Below, in pieces: positions 10,027 to 19,955 of a stretch of DNA of 64,000 nucleotides. Numbering within the stretch: position 1 is the first letter of the stretch; every line of letters starts with the position of its first letter. The stretch covers positions 3,130 to 67,129 of the forward strand of contig PFVX01000079.1 of assembly GCA_002790835.1 (NCBI GenBank). Reading direction: 5' to 3'. The notes below the pieces were generated by a model. The model made no database searches. It saw nothing but the letters and a program-made list of their open reading frames with translations, and was not told the origin of the DNA. Source of the DNA: a bacterium CG_4_9_14_3_um_filter_65_15. Lineage in GTDB: Bacteria > Krumholzibacteriota > Krumholzibacteriia > LZORAL124-64-63. Position numbers and translations under genes: made by a program.

Positions 10027-10176
10027 CAGCAGGTCAACCGCCAGAGTTTCGGCGGCCTTGATGCCGCCCGCATAGCCGGCACCTTCCCCGGCAGGATAGA
10101 GGCCCCTGGTGTTGACGCGCTGCAGGTCGGACTCGTTGCGGTTGATGCGCAGCGGCGACGAGGTGCGCGATTCCAT
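10027..10176 (-). pseudogene. C-terminal remnant of an NAD(P)/FAD-dependent oxidoreductase
   Basis: Translates ESRTSSPLRINRNESDLQRVNTRGLYPAGEGAGYAGGIKAAE, the typical tail of this family; the rest of the gene is missing. Confidence 0.75.
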
Positions 10177-10221
10177 CGCCGGAACTGGCAATCGGGGAAG
10201 ATCGAGTTCAACGATCCTGGT

Positions 10222-10317
10222 ACTGGAAGTAGGCCTCCGTCGGCCCTTTGCGAATAATCCGCAGCCGCGCAGCGGCGAGGACATTTCGCAAAGGGCCGAC
10301 GGAGGCCTACTTCCAGT
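10222..10317. repeat. Perfect 33-bp inverted repeat with 30-bp spacer
   Basis: ACTGGAAGTAGGCCTCCGTCGGCCCTTTGCGAA (10222-10254) and its exact reverse complement (10285-10317). Confidence 0.92.
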
Positions 10318-11698
10318 GGGAGGAGATGAACTCGTCCACCTCCGGAATCCCCCCCTGGAACACCAGGTACCCGTTATGGGGCTCCCGCTCGGTGGTCTCG
10401 CCGTTGACGGGGGAGAGCATGATGCGCTGGACCTCGTCATGGTCCCGGCTCTGGCCCAGGGCCCAGCCCAGCTTCACGTAGGCCACCTCCGGCAGCATGT
10501 TCGCCGCCGGGACCACGCCCAGTTCCATGATCTCCCGCCCGGTCTCGTACACGTACATCTGCACGTAGCCCCACAGGGTCTGGACCGTCATGTAGACGTG
10601 CACGCCGGCGTCGCGGGCGCGTTGCAGGGCCGGGTACAGGGGCTTGTTCACGTGGCCGAGGCCGGTGCCGGCGATGATGATGCCCTTGTATCCGTTGTCG
10701 ATCAGGGAGTCGATGATGTCGGGCTTCATGTTGGGGTAGTAGTAGACCAGGGACACCCGGTCGTCGAAGACGTCGATCAGGGTGACCTGGCCGTCGTCGC
10801 GCCGCCGGTTGTAGTCGGTGCGGAACGGCGTGACCCCGCTTCCGTCGATCTTGCCCAGGGGGATGTCGCTGAGGGTGCGGAAGGTCGAGCGATAGCTGGA
10901 GTGCATCTTGCGCACGCGGGTGCCCCGGTGCAGCAGGCCGTACTCGTCGCTGGTGGGCCCGAACATGCAGACCATGACCTCGGCGATGTCGCTGGTGGCG
11001 GCGGTGCGGGTGGCGTTGATGAGGTTGATGGCCGCGTCCGAACTGGGGCGGTCGCTGCTGCGCTGGCTGCCCACCATGACGATGGGCACCGAAGGATCCT
11101 GCACCATGAAGCTGAGCGCGGCTGCGGTGTGGTGCATGGTGTCGGTGCCGTGCCCGACCACGATGCCGGTCACGCCGCCGGCAATCTCCCGGGCGATGGC
11201 GCGTGCGGTGCCGATCCACTGCTCCGGACCCATGTTCTCGCTGAACACGCCGTACAGCTTCTCGGTCTCCATGTTGCAGATGTCCGCCAGCTCCGGCACC
11301 GAACCGTACAGCTCGCCGGGGCTGAAGGCGGGAATCACCGCACCGGTGCGGTAGTCGAGGCGGCTGGCGATGGTGCCGCCGGTGCCCAGCAGCTTGACCC
11401 GCGGCTTGCCGGGGTCCACAGGGAATGCCTTCTCGGGGATCTGGTAATTGGCGACCTTGCGGCCGAGCACGCTGATGGATTCGACGGTGTCGCAGCGGAC
11501 GCCGATGTTGTATCCGGTGTCCAGCTTCAACACGATGTGCAGTGCGTCGGCGGTTTCGCTGCGCGGCAGGATGAGCCCGGAAAAATCGCCGCGGTTCGTG
11601 TGCAGTGTGACCTGGCTCCAAACCGGGGCCTCTTCCCGCTGCAACAGATCCAGGGTGGGGATGCGGTAGCCTTTGAAGTCTGCGGCGGTTTGGCTCAC
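10307..11698 (-). CDS. gatD: Glu-tRNA(Gln) amidotransferase subunit D
   Basis: GatD N-terminal domain (LKLDTGYNIGV) plus asparaginase-like core: GTGGTIAS, HGTDT, QRSSDRPSSDA, RKMHSS. Confidence 0.92.
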   Translation of the reverse strand: MSQTAADFKGYRIPTLDLLQREEAPVWSQVTLHTNRGDFSGLILPRSETADALHIVLKLDTGYNIGVRCDTVESISVLGRKVANYQIPEKAFPVDPGKPRVKLLGTGGTIASRLDYRTGAVIPAFSPGELYGSVPELADICNMETEKLYGVFSENMGPEQWIGTARAIAREIAGGVTGIVVGHGTDTMHHTAAALSFMVQDPSVPIVMVGSQRSSDRPSSDAAINLINATRTAATSDIAEVMVCMFGPTSDEYGLLHRGTRVRKMHSSYRSTFRTLSDIPLGKIDGSGVTPFRTDYNRRRDDGQVTLIDVFDDRVSLVYYYPNMKPDIIDSLIDNGYKGIIIAGTGLGHVNKPLYPALQRARDAGVHVYMTVQTLWGYVQMYVYETGREIMELGVVPAANMLPEVAYVKLGWALGQSRDHDEVQRIMLSPVNGETTEREPHNGYLVFQGGIPEVDEFISSHWK

Positions 11699-13632
11699 GA
11701 CGTGCGCTCCCGGTTGCGGCCCTTGATCCAGCTGCGGACGGTGCGTCCGGGCACCCGCCCCAGCACACCCGGCATCACCCGGCCCATCAGGACCAGGTCA
11801 CGCTGCAGGGGGCTCTCAGGCAGTTCACCCGCGGGAATCGCCTGCAGAAGGTCTTCGACCGCGGCGCGGGCCTTTTCCCGGGGCCACGGCTCCAGCGGCT
11901 CGGATTCGGCGCTCCAGACACCCTCGGGAATCAGGTCTCCCGAGACCAGTTTGCGCACCGTATCGGCCCACCAGGGGCCGGCGGCGGCCGTCTGCAGGGG
12001 CCGCGGGCAGGATCGATCCAGCAGCAGGGAGGCGAGCTGGCTGGCGGTAAGGGCGGGGGTGTCGGACTCCTGCAGGATGGGCAGCAGGGCGGCGAAAAGA
12101 TCCCAGGCCCGGTGGCGACCGAGTCGGGCGGCCAGGTCGGGCCCCACGCCGGCCGTGCGGGCGATGTCTTCCCGCTTCCAGGGTGTCAGGGGAAGGCTGT
12201 CGTGGATATGTTCCAGCCGCTCGTCGCTCAGGCCGATGGGCGGCAGGTCGGTGTCCGGATACATGCGGTCGGCTCCCGGCAGCACCCGTTCGAAACCGTT
12301 GGTGCCGTCGTCCAGTGCCTGGCGGGTTTCCTCAGGCACGCCGACGAAGGCCTCACGGGCGCGAATGAGCACTTCGCTGACCGCGGTGGCGGCGTCCCGC
12401 TCGGAGCCCCAGACGAGGATGATGGGCACTTCGGGGCCGACGCGGCAGGTCTTGGCCACCCGCTCCCATTCACCGCTGCTGAGGGTGGGGACGTCCTGGG
12501 TGGACATCACCAGGTTGGGCAAGGTGTCCAGGCAGGCGATCACCCGGATGCGGTCGCTGAATTCCTTGAGAAAGCCCGTGCGGGGCTGGGTCTGCACCTG
12601 CAGCAATCCCTGGAAACCGGGCAGGGGCACGGCCATCACCGTGGCGCCCTTCTCCACGGCCTTGCCGATGAAGCGGCAGGCGGTGCCGCGCACGGCCGAG
12701 GTGACGTCGTTTCCGCCCTGGGGCAGGTATCCGGGTTTTGCGCCCCGATGTTCCAGTTCCCGGGCGATGGCCACGAGGGTGCGCTGACGCAGGGCCTCGT
12801 TGTGGGTCAACCGGGGGATGGCGCGCAGGCAGGGCACGCCCTTGATCTCGATGCGCGTGCCGCCGGTGACCGAGACGTTGACGTCCTGCCGGGCGGCGCC
12901 GCTGCCGGTGCGCACCAGACCGGTGGCCCGCACCAGGTGGCGCAGGACCTGGCCCACGGCCATCGCTTCGCGGGGGGTCGTCATGTCCGGGTCCGTCACC
13001 GACTCGATGAGCGGCATGCCCAGCCGGTCGGTGCGGTAGGTGCGCACGTGGCCCGCATCGGATACCTCACGGCAGGAATCCTCTTCGATGCTCAACTGGC
13101 GGATGTGGATCGACTTTTCGCCGCAGGGAATGTCGCCGTCGGTGCCGATGATGGCGGTGCGCTGGAATCCGGTGGGAATGCTGCCGTCCAGGTATTGCTT
13201 GCGGGTGATGTGGACCTCGCTGACCACGTTGCAACCCAAAAGCATGGTGATGGCGATGCTGATGTCCAGGGCCTGGTCGTCCATCTCGAAGGGCGGGGCG
13301 TCGTCCATCTCGTAGGTGCAGACGGTGTCCTTGTTCAGATGGTAGATGATGTCCTTGCGGGTCTTGAATTCCATCAGCGCCGTGCCGTCGTACTCGCCCA
13401 TTTCCGAGAGGGTGGGGCGCATGTGCCGCAGCACCTCGGCCTGGTGCTCGCCCTGGTTGTAAACCCCGGCGGGACACCGGCAGAAGAGCTTGCGGCGGGT
13501 CAGGAGCTGCTGGTGGATTTCCAGACCGCAGCGGAAGCCCAGATCGGCGTATTCGGCGTCCGATAGCGTCCCGAACAGGGGCAACGGGCCGCCTAGCCAG
13601 GAGTCGCTGAAGGCGGAGTGATCTCGTTCCAT
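11695..13632 (-). CDS. gatE: Glu-tRNA(Gln) amidotransferase subunit E
   Basis: GLEIHQQL-x4-KLFCRCP, DGSIPTGFQRT, EED, DRLGMPLIE, RQDVNVS, EIKGV, PGADRMYPDTD; AspRS-like insertion present; 4-bp overlap with gatD. Confidence 0.92.
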   Translation of the reverse strand: MERDHSAFSDSWLGGPLPLFGTLSDAEYADLGFRCGLEIHQQLLTRRKLFCRCPAGVYNQGEHQAEVLRHMRPTLSEMGEYDGTALMEFKTRKDIIYHLNKDTVCTYEMDDAPPFEMDDQALDISIAITMLLGCNVVSEVHITRKQYLDGSIPTGFQRTAIIGTDGDIPCGEKSIHIRQLSIEEDSCREVSDAGHVRTYRTDRLGMPLIESVTDPDMTTPREAMAVGQVLRHLVRATGLVRTGSGAARQDVNVSVTGGTRIEIKGVPCLRAIPRLTHNEALRQRTLVAIARELEHRGAKPGYLPQGGNDVTSAVRGTACRFIGKAVEKGATVMAVPLPGFQGLLQVQTQPRTGFLKEFSDRIRVIACLDTLPNLVMSTQDVPTLSSGEWERVAKTCRVGPEVPIILVWGSERDAATAVSEVLIRAREAFVGVPEETRQALDDGTNGFERVLPGADRMYPDTDLPPIGLSDERLEHIHDSLPLTPWKREDIARTAGVGPDLAARLGRHRAWDLFAALLPILQESDTPALTASQLASLLLDRSCPRPLQTAAAGPWWADTVRKLVSGDLIPEGVWSAESEPLEPWPREKARAAVEDLLQAIPAGELPESPLQRDLVLMGRVMPGVLGRVPGRTVRSWIKGRNRERTS

Positions 13633-13731
13633 GGTTACTTCCGCGCTCGGGTGGAGATGGCGTCCGGCCCAAGATATTGACCCCGTGGTCAAAGCTCCAG
13701 GAATAGTTGGCTCTGCGGCGGAATTGCCATC

Positions 13732-13760
13732 TTGACGAGAGATTTCCCGTCGGATATTCT
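13732..13760 (+). promoter_or_regulatory. Sigma70-type promoter of rex
   Basis: TTGACG-17 bp-TATTCT. Confidence 0.6.
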
Positions 13761-13762
13761 GA

Positions 13763-13780
13763 ATGTGAATCTGGTAACAT
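13763..13780. promoter_or_regulatory. Putative Rex operator
   Basis: ATGTGAA-TCTG-GTAACAT versus consensus TTGTGAA-N4-TTCACAA; immediately after the -10 box of rex. Confidence 0.6.
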
Positions 13781-13831
13781 TCCCAGGCCCACTGCCAGGG
13801 CAATCTGTTTATACCTTAACGAGGTGATGTT

Positions 13832-14554
13832 GTGGTGCGTAAGAAGCGCAGAGGTTGCGATGTCCCCGAGGCGACCATTCATCGCCTTCCCCTGTACCTG
13901 GAGAAACTCAAGTTGTTGCAGGCCATCGGGGTGGAAGACGTCTCCAGCCGCCAGTTGGCCGAATCCCTGGATATCAAGGCGAGCCAGTTGCGGCACGATT
14001 TTCATTATTTCGGCGGCTTCAGCCGGCCCGGCCGGCCCTATCAAGTCGAAAAATTGGTGCCGGCCCTGGAACAGATCATCGGGATCGACGAACCGGTGCC
14101 GACCATCATCGTCGGAGCCGGCCACCTGGGCCAGGCCCTGGCCAATTATCAAAATCTGGGCCTGCAGGGTTTCCCCCTCCACGGCATTTTCGACGTCAAC
14201 CCGCGTCTGATCGGGCTGGAAATCCGCGGGCAGGCCATCCGGGACCTGGCGGATATGCCGGACATCGTCAAGCGTGACCACATCCTGATGGGGATCATCA
14301 CCGTGCCGGCGGCCAACGCCCAGCAGGTCGCCGACCGCATGGTCGAGGCCGGCATCGTGGGGATCTTCAACTTTGCGCCGACGGATCTGAAAGTGCCCGA
14401 AGGGGTTGTGGTGCGGAACGAGCGCATGGCCGTGGGCATCATGGCCCTGAGCTTCAAGGTCAAGTGCATCCTGGAATCCCGGTTGTCCGAGTCACCAGCG
14501 GATGAGGTCGGCGCCCCAGGTAAAACCACTGCCGAAGGCGAGGGTGACGACTAG
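13832..14554 (+). CDS. rex: Redox-sensing transcriptional repressor Rex
   Basis: PEATIHRLPLY, VSSRQLAE, QLRHDFHYFG winged helix; IVGAGHLG Rossmann motif; NFAP. Confidence 0.95.
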   Translation: MVRKKRRGCDVPEATIHRLPLYLEKLKLLQAIGVEDVSSRQLAESLDIKASQLRHDFHYFGGFSRPGRPYQVEKLVPALEQIIGIDEPVPTIIVGAGHLGQALANYQNLGLQGFPLHGIFDVNPRLIGLEIRGQAIRDLADMPDIVKRDHILMGIITVPAANAQQVADRMVEAGIVGIFNFAPTDLKVPEGVVVRNERMAVGIMALSFKVKCILESRLSESPADEVGAPGKTTAEGEGDD

Positions 14555-15332
14555 GTTTCCCGGCTGGATGCGCCCGGCGGCGACCGCCTCGCTCAATGCG
14601 ATGGGGATGGTCGCCGCCGTCGTGTTTCCGTAGCGTTCGATGTTGCTGACCACCTTCTGCGCCGGCAGGCCCATGCGCGATCCCACAGCCTCGGTGATGC
14701 GCTGATTGGCCTGATGGGGCACCCGCAGATCCACCTCGTCGATGGTGTGCCCACCCCGTTCCAGGACCTCGTTGACGGCCTCGCAAAAACGCCGGGTGGC
14801 GTGCTTGAACACCAGCTCGCCGTCCATGGTGGGATAGTGCCGCCCCTGCTCGATCAGCCCCGGGGTGACGCGCTCCCGCACCACCGCGGTGGGAACTTCC
14901 AACCAGACGTCCTTGGCGAAGCGGCCCTGGCTGTGCAGGACCGAGGCCAGGACACCTCGGTCCTCCTCGGTGGCCTGAACGACCACGGCGCCGGCGGTCT
15001 TCAGCCCCAACAGTTCCTCGATGAAAACCCCGTTGCCGGGAAAGAAACAGTCGGGGTTCAAGGCGGCATAGATCACCAGGTCGATTTCCGACTTGTCGAT
15101 CCCCGCAGCGGCGATGGCGGCCGTGGCGGCGATGGCGGCCTTGGCCCCCAATTCGGCCCCCGATTCGGTGGACCAGCCGTTCTCATCGAGGGTGACCCCA
15201 CCGGCGTTCGCGGATCCCGCTGCGCTGGGAGATCCACTCGTCCGAGGTCTCCATCCATGGGGTCATCTCTTCGTTGGCGACGACACGCTCGGGAACATAG
15301 AATCCCGTCCCGGTGATGGCCGCTCTGGTCAT
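14492..15332 (-). pseudogene. fabH: 3-oxoacyl-ACP synthase III (FabH) pseudogene
   Basis: Starts [14 protein letters not shown]...[18 protein letters not shown]; +1 frameshift in the G-run near 15196-15199; in-frame loss of the catalytic-Cys segment (LGLKT|AGAVV); PHQAN, GNTTAA and AFGSGFTWG retained. Confidence 0.85.
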
Positions 15333-15348
15333 GGTCACGCCCCCGTGC

Positions 15349-16038
15349 TCAACGATGGACGGCGATGGCGCCTCGTAACTGCTTGCCGTGGGCCTGGATG
15401 AAGGCCTGGGCGGCGCCACGGTCGGGGAAGTATCCGATGCGGACCCGGTAGATCATGGCGCCATCGGCTGTGCTGCTGACCTTGACCCGGGCATCCCAAT
15501 CGAATTTCTGGAGCCGCAGGGCCTCACGGTCCGCGTTGGCCGCGTCGCCGTAGGAACCGGTCTGCACCAGATAGGGTCCGCTGGCCTCCGGTTGCACCTC
15601 GGGCAGGGGCTTGGTGGCGGGCTTCTCCCGGGCCGGCTCGGGGGCGGGCGGTGTGGTCCGGGGTGACGGCGTGGTCGCCGGGGCTGTTTCCTGCTGACCG
15701 CCGGAGGGTTTTTCCGGGGTCAGCTCCTGGGCGATGTGCTGCATCTCCACCTGACCCGAGCGGGGTTGGGCGGGGTGGTCGGCGTCGGTGTCCAGCGTGT
15801 CGGCGATGCCCAGATCCACTGCCAGGGAATCGAGGTCGTCGGCAGGGACGGTGATCACCGAGCGGTTCTCGCCGATTCCGGTGGGGCGGCCACCTCCCGG
15901 CTGTCGAAACAGCAGGAAGGCCGCCACCATGGCGACGAACAAGGCGAGCCAGATCGCGCGGGGGGTACCGCGCCGCTGATTGCGTCCGGCGGAGGGGCGG
16001 TGCCCTGTCTGAAGCAGCTGATCATCCTTGCGCGCCAT
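15349..16038 (-). CDS. SPOR domain protein (FtsN/DedD-like)
   Basis: N-terminal transmembrane segment, Pro-rich linker, C-terminal YLVQTGSY...YRVRIGYF. Confidence 0.85.
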   Translation of the reverse strand: MARKDDQLLQTGHRPSAGRNQRRGTPRAIWLALFVAMVAAFLLFRQPGGGRPTGIGENRSVITVPADDLDSLAVDLGIADTLDTDADHPAQPRSGQVEMQHIAQELTPEKPSGGQQETAPATTPSPRTTPPAPEPAREKPATKPLPEVQPEASGPYLVQTGSYGDAANADREALRLQKFDWDARVKVSSTADGAMIYRVRIGYFPDRGAAQAFIQAHGKQLRGAIAVHR

Positions 16039-17494
16039 GGGGTCCTTCCTGGCCAAGGGAGGTGCGGGGAAACAGGAGGCTGAACACGATCGTGGCCAGC
16101 AGCGAGAGCACGAATCCGGGGATCATCTCGTAGAGCTGGCCCTTGAGAACGGGGATGTTGTACCACGCGATGACGGTCACGGTTCCGGTGATGAGGCCGG
16201 CGAGCACCCCGGCACGGCTGGTGCCCTGCCAGCGCAGGGACAGCAGCAGCGGTGGGCCGAAGGCGGCGCCCAACCCCGCCCAGGCATAGAGCACCATGTC
16301 GTAGACGAAATCGTGGGCGCCCCAGGCGAGGCCGAAGGCGACCGCGCCCACCAGCAGGGTGGACCAACGCCCCAGGGCGACGAGGGAGGCCTGGGAGGCA
16401 TCGGGATTGATCAGGCGCCGGTAGATGTCCTCGCTCACCGCGCTCGCCACCGAGAGCAGCTGGCTGTCGGCGGTGGACATCATGGCGGCGATGGCCCCGA
16501 CGATCATCACCACGGCCAGACCCTCGGGCATGAAGTGGCTGGCCATCATCGGCATGAGCTGTTCCTGGTCGGGGATCAACTGGCCCGGTCCCATGGCGCC
16601 CGGCCCGAACCAGGCCAGACCCGTCAGCCCGATGAGGATGGCGCCGAAGAACGCGATCAAGGCCCAGCCGATGGCGATGATGCCCCCCTTTTTGATCTCG
16701 TCGGAGGAGGTGATGGCCATGAAGCGCAGCACGAGATGGGGCTGACCCATATAGCCCAGGCCGATGGCCAGGCTGCCCAGCACGCCGCTGACCGCCGCCC
16801 AGGTGGTGCTTCCGGGGGTCAGGTCCAGATACTGGCCGCCCAGTGGCGCCAGCTTGGCCATCATTCCGCCGGTTCCGCCCAGCTCGACCAGCACCACCAG
16901 GGGCAGGACCGCCAGGGTGAAGAGCATGATGATGCCCTGGATCAGGTCGGTCCAGCACACCGCGAGCAGGCCGCCGGCCGCGGTGTAGAAGAGCACCAGC
17001 ACCGCGCCGATGAGCATGCCCGCCAGGGGCGGGATGTCGAGGTAGTAGTTCAGGACCTTGCCCGCGGCCAGGAACTGGGCCGCCACGTAGAAGGTGAAGA
17101 AGAAGAGGATGATCGCCGTGGCCACCAGACGCAGGGTGTGGCTGTGATCGTCGTGGCGGGCTTCGAAGTAGTCGGCCAGGGTCAGGGCCTGCAACGCGGC
17201 GGTTTCGACGCGCAACCGGCGGGCCACCACGAACCAGCTGAAGGCGATGCCCGTGCAGCATCCCACTCCGACCCAGAGGGTGCCCGCGCCGGTGGCGAAG
17301 GCCAGACCGGGTAAGCCGATGAGCAGCCAGGCCGATTCCCCGCTGGCCCGCTCGCTGAAGGCGGCCACCCAGGGGCCGAGGCTCCGGTTGGCCAGGAGGT
17401 AGTCGTCCAGGGTCCGGTTGCGACGCGCCGAGTAGACCCCGACCGCCAGGATCAGCACGCTGTAGACGATCATGCCCAGGATAAGGGAATCCAC
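16022..17494 (-). CDS. putP: Sodium/proline symporter (SSS family)
   Basis: DYLLANRSLG, ASGESAWLLIGLPG, GYMGQPH, AAMMSTADSQL; many transmembrane helices. Confidence 0.88.
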   Translation of the reverse strand: MDSLILGMIVYSVLILAVGVYSARRNRTLDDYLLANRSLGPWVAAFSERASGESAWLLIGLPGLAFATGAGTLWVGVGCCTGIAFSWFVVARRLRVETAALQALTLADYFEARHDDHSHTLRLVATAIILFFFTFYVAAQFLAAGKVLNYYLDIPPLAGMLIGAVLVLFYTAAGGLLAVCWTDLIQGIIMLFTLAVLPLVVLVELGGTGGMMAKLAPLGGQYLDLTPGSTTWAAVSGVLGSLAIGLGYMGQPHLVLRFMAITSSDEIKKGGIIAIGWALIAFFGAILIGLTGLAWFGPGAMGPGQLIPDQEQLMPMMASHFMPEGLAVVMIVGAIAAMMSTADSQLLSVASAVSEDIYRRLINPDASQASLVALGRWSTLLVGAVAFGLAWGAHDFVYDMVLYAWAGLGAAFGPPLLLSLRWQGTSRAGVLAGLITGTVTVIAWYNIPVLKGQLYEMIPGFVLSLLATIVFSLLFPRTSLGQEGPHGAQG

Positions 17495-17653
17495 CGGACC
17501 TCATTCGTTGCGGCCGCAAACAGGGAAATTTCACCGAGGAGGATCATAAGAGGCTCCTGCAGGACAATCAACCGCCAACATCCTCGGCCCGCTAATCACC
17601 ACCTAATCACTTTTGTTTCTTGGACTTTCGTGACGCGGGGGTCGCTCCGTTCC

Positions 17654-17682
17654 TTGAAGTCCACCCGGCTTGCTGGTAGAAT
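17654..17682 (+). promoter_or_regulatory. Sigma70-type promoter of the HMG-CoA synthase operon
   Basis: TTGAAG-17 bp-TAGAAT with an extended TG. Confidence 0.5.
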
Positions 17683-17733
17683 CCCCGTCTTGACGTTCGG
17701 GCCGCGACGGACTCTGAGCAAAGGAGAGGCAGC

Positions 17734-18783
17734 ATGCACGGGATTGTCGGCTACGGCGCATATGTGCCGCGCTTCAGGATCAAGGCTGAGCAGATCGCCA
17801 ACCAGTGGGGCGCCGATGCGGACGCCTTCAAGAAGGGGCTGCTGCTGGAGGAGAAAACAGTCCCGGGGCCGGACGAGGACACCATCACCATCAGCGTGGC
17901 GGCGGCCCGGGATGCGGTGACCCGCGCGGGAATCGATCCCCAACTCATCGGAGCCTGCTACATCGGGTCCGAAAGCCATCCCTACGCGGTCAAGCCCTCG
18001 GGTACGGTGCTGATCGACGCCCTGGGGATCGGCCCCGATTGCCATGTGGCCGATTTCGAGTTCGCCTGCAAGGCGGGCACCGAGGCCATGTACGTGGCCT
18101 ACTCCCACGTCAAATCCGGCGAGATGCCCTACGCCCTGGGCATCGGGGCGGACACCAGCCAGGGCGCGCCCGGTGACGCCCTGGAGTACACCGCGTCGGC
18201 CGGTGGCTCGGCCTTCGTCATGGGCAGCGAGGGTGTGGTCGCCGAGATCCTCCACACCTACTCCTTCACTTCCGACACGCCGGATTTCTGGCGCCGAGAG
18301 GGGGAGTTCTATCCTCGGCACGCCGGACGTTTCACCGGGGAGCCCGCCTACTTCCATCACGTGCTCAGCTCGTGCCAAGGGATCCTCGACCGCAGCGGCA
18401 TGAAACCCGAGGACTTCCGCTACGCCGTTTTCCACATGCCCAACGGCAAGTTTCCCCTGCGGGCGGGCAAGACCATGGGCTTCACCAAGGAACAGCTCGA
18501 ACAAGGCTGGGTGGTGAACCTCATGGGCAACACCTACAGCGGTTCGTCGCCTACGGGCCTGGCGGCCTGCCTGGACGAGGCCAAGCCGGGCGATAACATC
18601 CTGATCACTTCCTTCGGCAGCGGCGCCGGTTCGGATTCCTTCATCCTGCGGGCGACCGATCGTCTGCCCGAGGTGCAGGGCCTGGCGCCCAAGGTGCGCG
18701 ACCAGCTGGCCGACCGCCGCATCCATCTGGATTACGGCAAGTACGTGGCATACCGCGGCAAGATCCGCATGAACGAGGTCTAG
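17734..18783 (+). CDS. Hydroxymethylglutaryl-CoA synthase, archaeal type
   Basis: [25 protein letters not shown] (catalytic Glu), EFACKAGT (catalytic Cys), [22 protein letters not shown]. Confidence 0.9.
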   Translation: MHGIVGYGAYVPRFRIKAEQIANQWGADADAFKKGLLLEEKTVPGPDEDTITISVAAARDAVTRAGIDPQLIGACYIGSESHPYAVKPSGTVLIDALGIGPDCHVADFEFACKAGTEAMYVAYSHVKSGEMPYALGIGADTSQGAPGDALEYTASAGGSAFVMGSEGVVAEILHTYSFTSDTPDFWRREGEFYPRHAGRFTGEPAYFHHVLSSCQGILDRSGMKPEDFRYAVFHMPNGKFPLRAGKTMGFTKEQLEQGWVVNLMGNTYSGSSPTGLAACLDEAKPGDNILITSFGSGAGSDSFILRATDRLPEVQGLAPKVRDQLADRRIHLDYGKYVAYRGKIRMNEV

Positions 18784-18797
18784 AAAGGGGGCGGAAC

Positions 18798-19955
18798 ATG
18801 AGAGACGTAGCTGTCATCGGCACCGGCCTGACGAACTTCGGCGAACTCTGGGACATCCCCCTGCGCGACCTGTTCGCCATGGCGGCGGCCGACTGTCTGG
18901 AAGACGCGGGGGTGGAGCGCAGCCAGATCCAATCCGCGTACATCGGCTGCATGGCCAGCGGGATGTTCGTGGCCCAGGAACACCTGGCCTCCATCCTGAC
19001 CGATTACGCGGGCCTGGGGGGCATCGCCGCAACCCGGGTGGAATCGGCCTGCGCCTCCGGTGGTGCGGCTTTCCGCGCGGCCTACCTGGAGGTGGCCAGC
19101 GGGGCGAGCGATTTCGTGCTGGCAGGCGGGGTGGAGAAGATGAACGACGGCGCCGACGCCACCGTGTGTCTGGCCGCCGCCGCGGACCAGGAGTACGAGG
19201 TCTTCCACGGGGTGACCTTCCCCGGCCTGTACGCCATGATCGCCCGGGCGCACATGGCGAAATACGGCACCACGCCCGAACAGATGGCCGCCGTGGCGGT
19301 CAAGAACCACGCCAACGGGGCCCTCAACCCCAAGGCCCAGTTTCCGCGGGAGATCACCCTGCAAACGGTGCTGGGTGCGGTCCGGGTGGCAGAGCCGCTG
19401 GGATTGTTCGACTGCTCGCCCGTGACCGACGGTGGAGCCTGCGTGCTCCTGGCGCCGGTGGAGGTGGCCCGGAAGCTGGGCAAACCCATCGTGAAGATCA
19501 TCGGATCGGGGCATGCCACCGATGCCATCGCCCTGCACGATCGGGCCGATTATTCCACCATACCGGTGGTCGGTCTGGCGGCCCAGCGGGCCTTCGCCCA
19601 GGCGGGACTCGGAATCAAGGACATCGATTTCGCCGAGGTCCACGACTGCTTCACCATCGCCGAGATCGTTTGCAGCGAGGAGCTGGGCGCCTTCGAACGC
19701 GGGCAGGGCGGCCCGGCCGCCGCCGCGGGCGAGACGGCCCGGGACGGTTCGTTCCCCATCAACACGTCGGGCGGTCTGAAGAGCAAGGGCCATCCGGTGG
19801 GGGCCACGGGAATCGCGCAGATCTGCGAGATCCACAGCCAGCTCACGGGCCGGGCCGGAGGGCGCCAGCTGAAGAACCCGCGCCGTGGCCTGGCGCAGAA
19901 CATGGGCGGTTCCGGCGGCAGCTGCACCGTGCACATCCTGGAGGTGGAGTCATGA
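18798..19955 (+). CDS. Acetoacetyl-CoA thiolase, archaeal/SCP2 type
   Basis: [23 protein letters not shown] and KGHPVGATG motifs. Confidence 0.9.
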   Translation: MRDVAVIGTGLTNFGELWDIPLRDLFAMAAADCLEDAGVERSQIQSAYIGCMASGMFVAQEHLASILTDYAGLGGIAATRVESACASGGAAFRAAYLEVASGASDFVLAGGVEKMNDGADATVCLAAAADQEYEVFHGVTFPGLYAMIARAHMAKYGTTPEQMAAVAVKNHANGALNPKAQFPREITLQTVLGAVRVAEPLGLFDCSPVTDGGACVLLAPVEVARKLGKPIVKIIGSGHATDAIALHDRADYSTIPVVGLAAQRAFAQAGLGIKDIDFAEVHDCFTIAEIVCSEELGAFERGQGGPAAAAGETARDGSFPINTSGGLKSKGHPVGATGIAQICEIHSQLTGRAGGRQLKNPRRGLAQNMGGSGGSCTVHILEVES

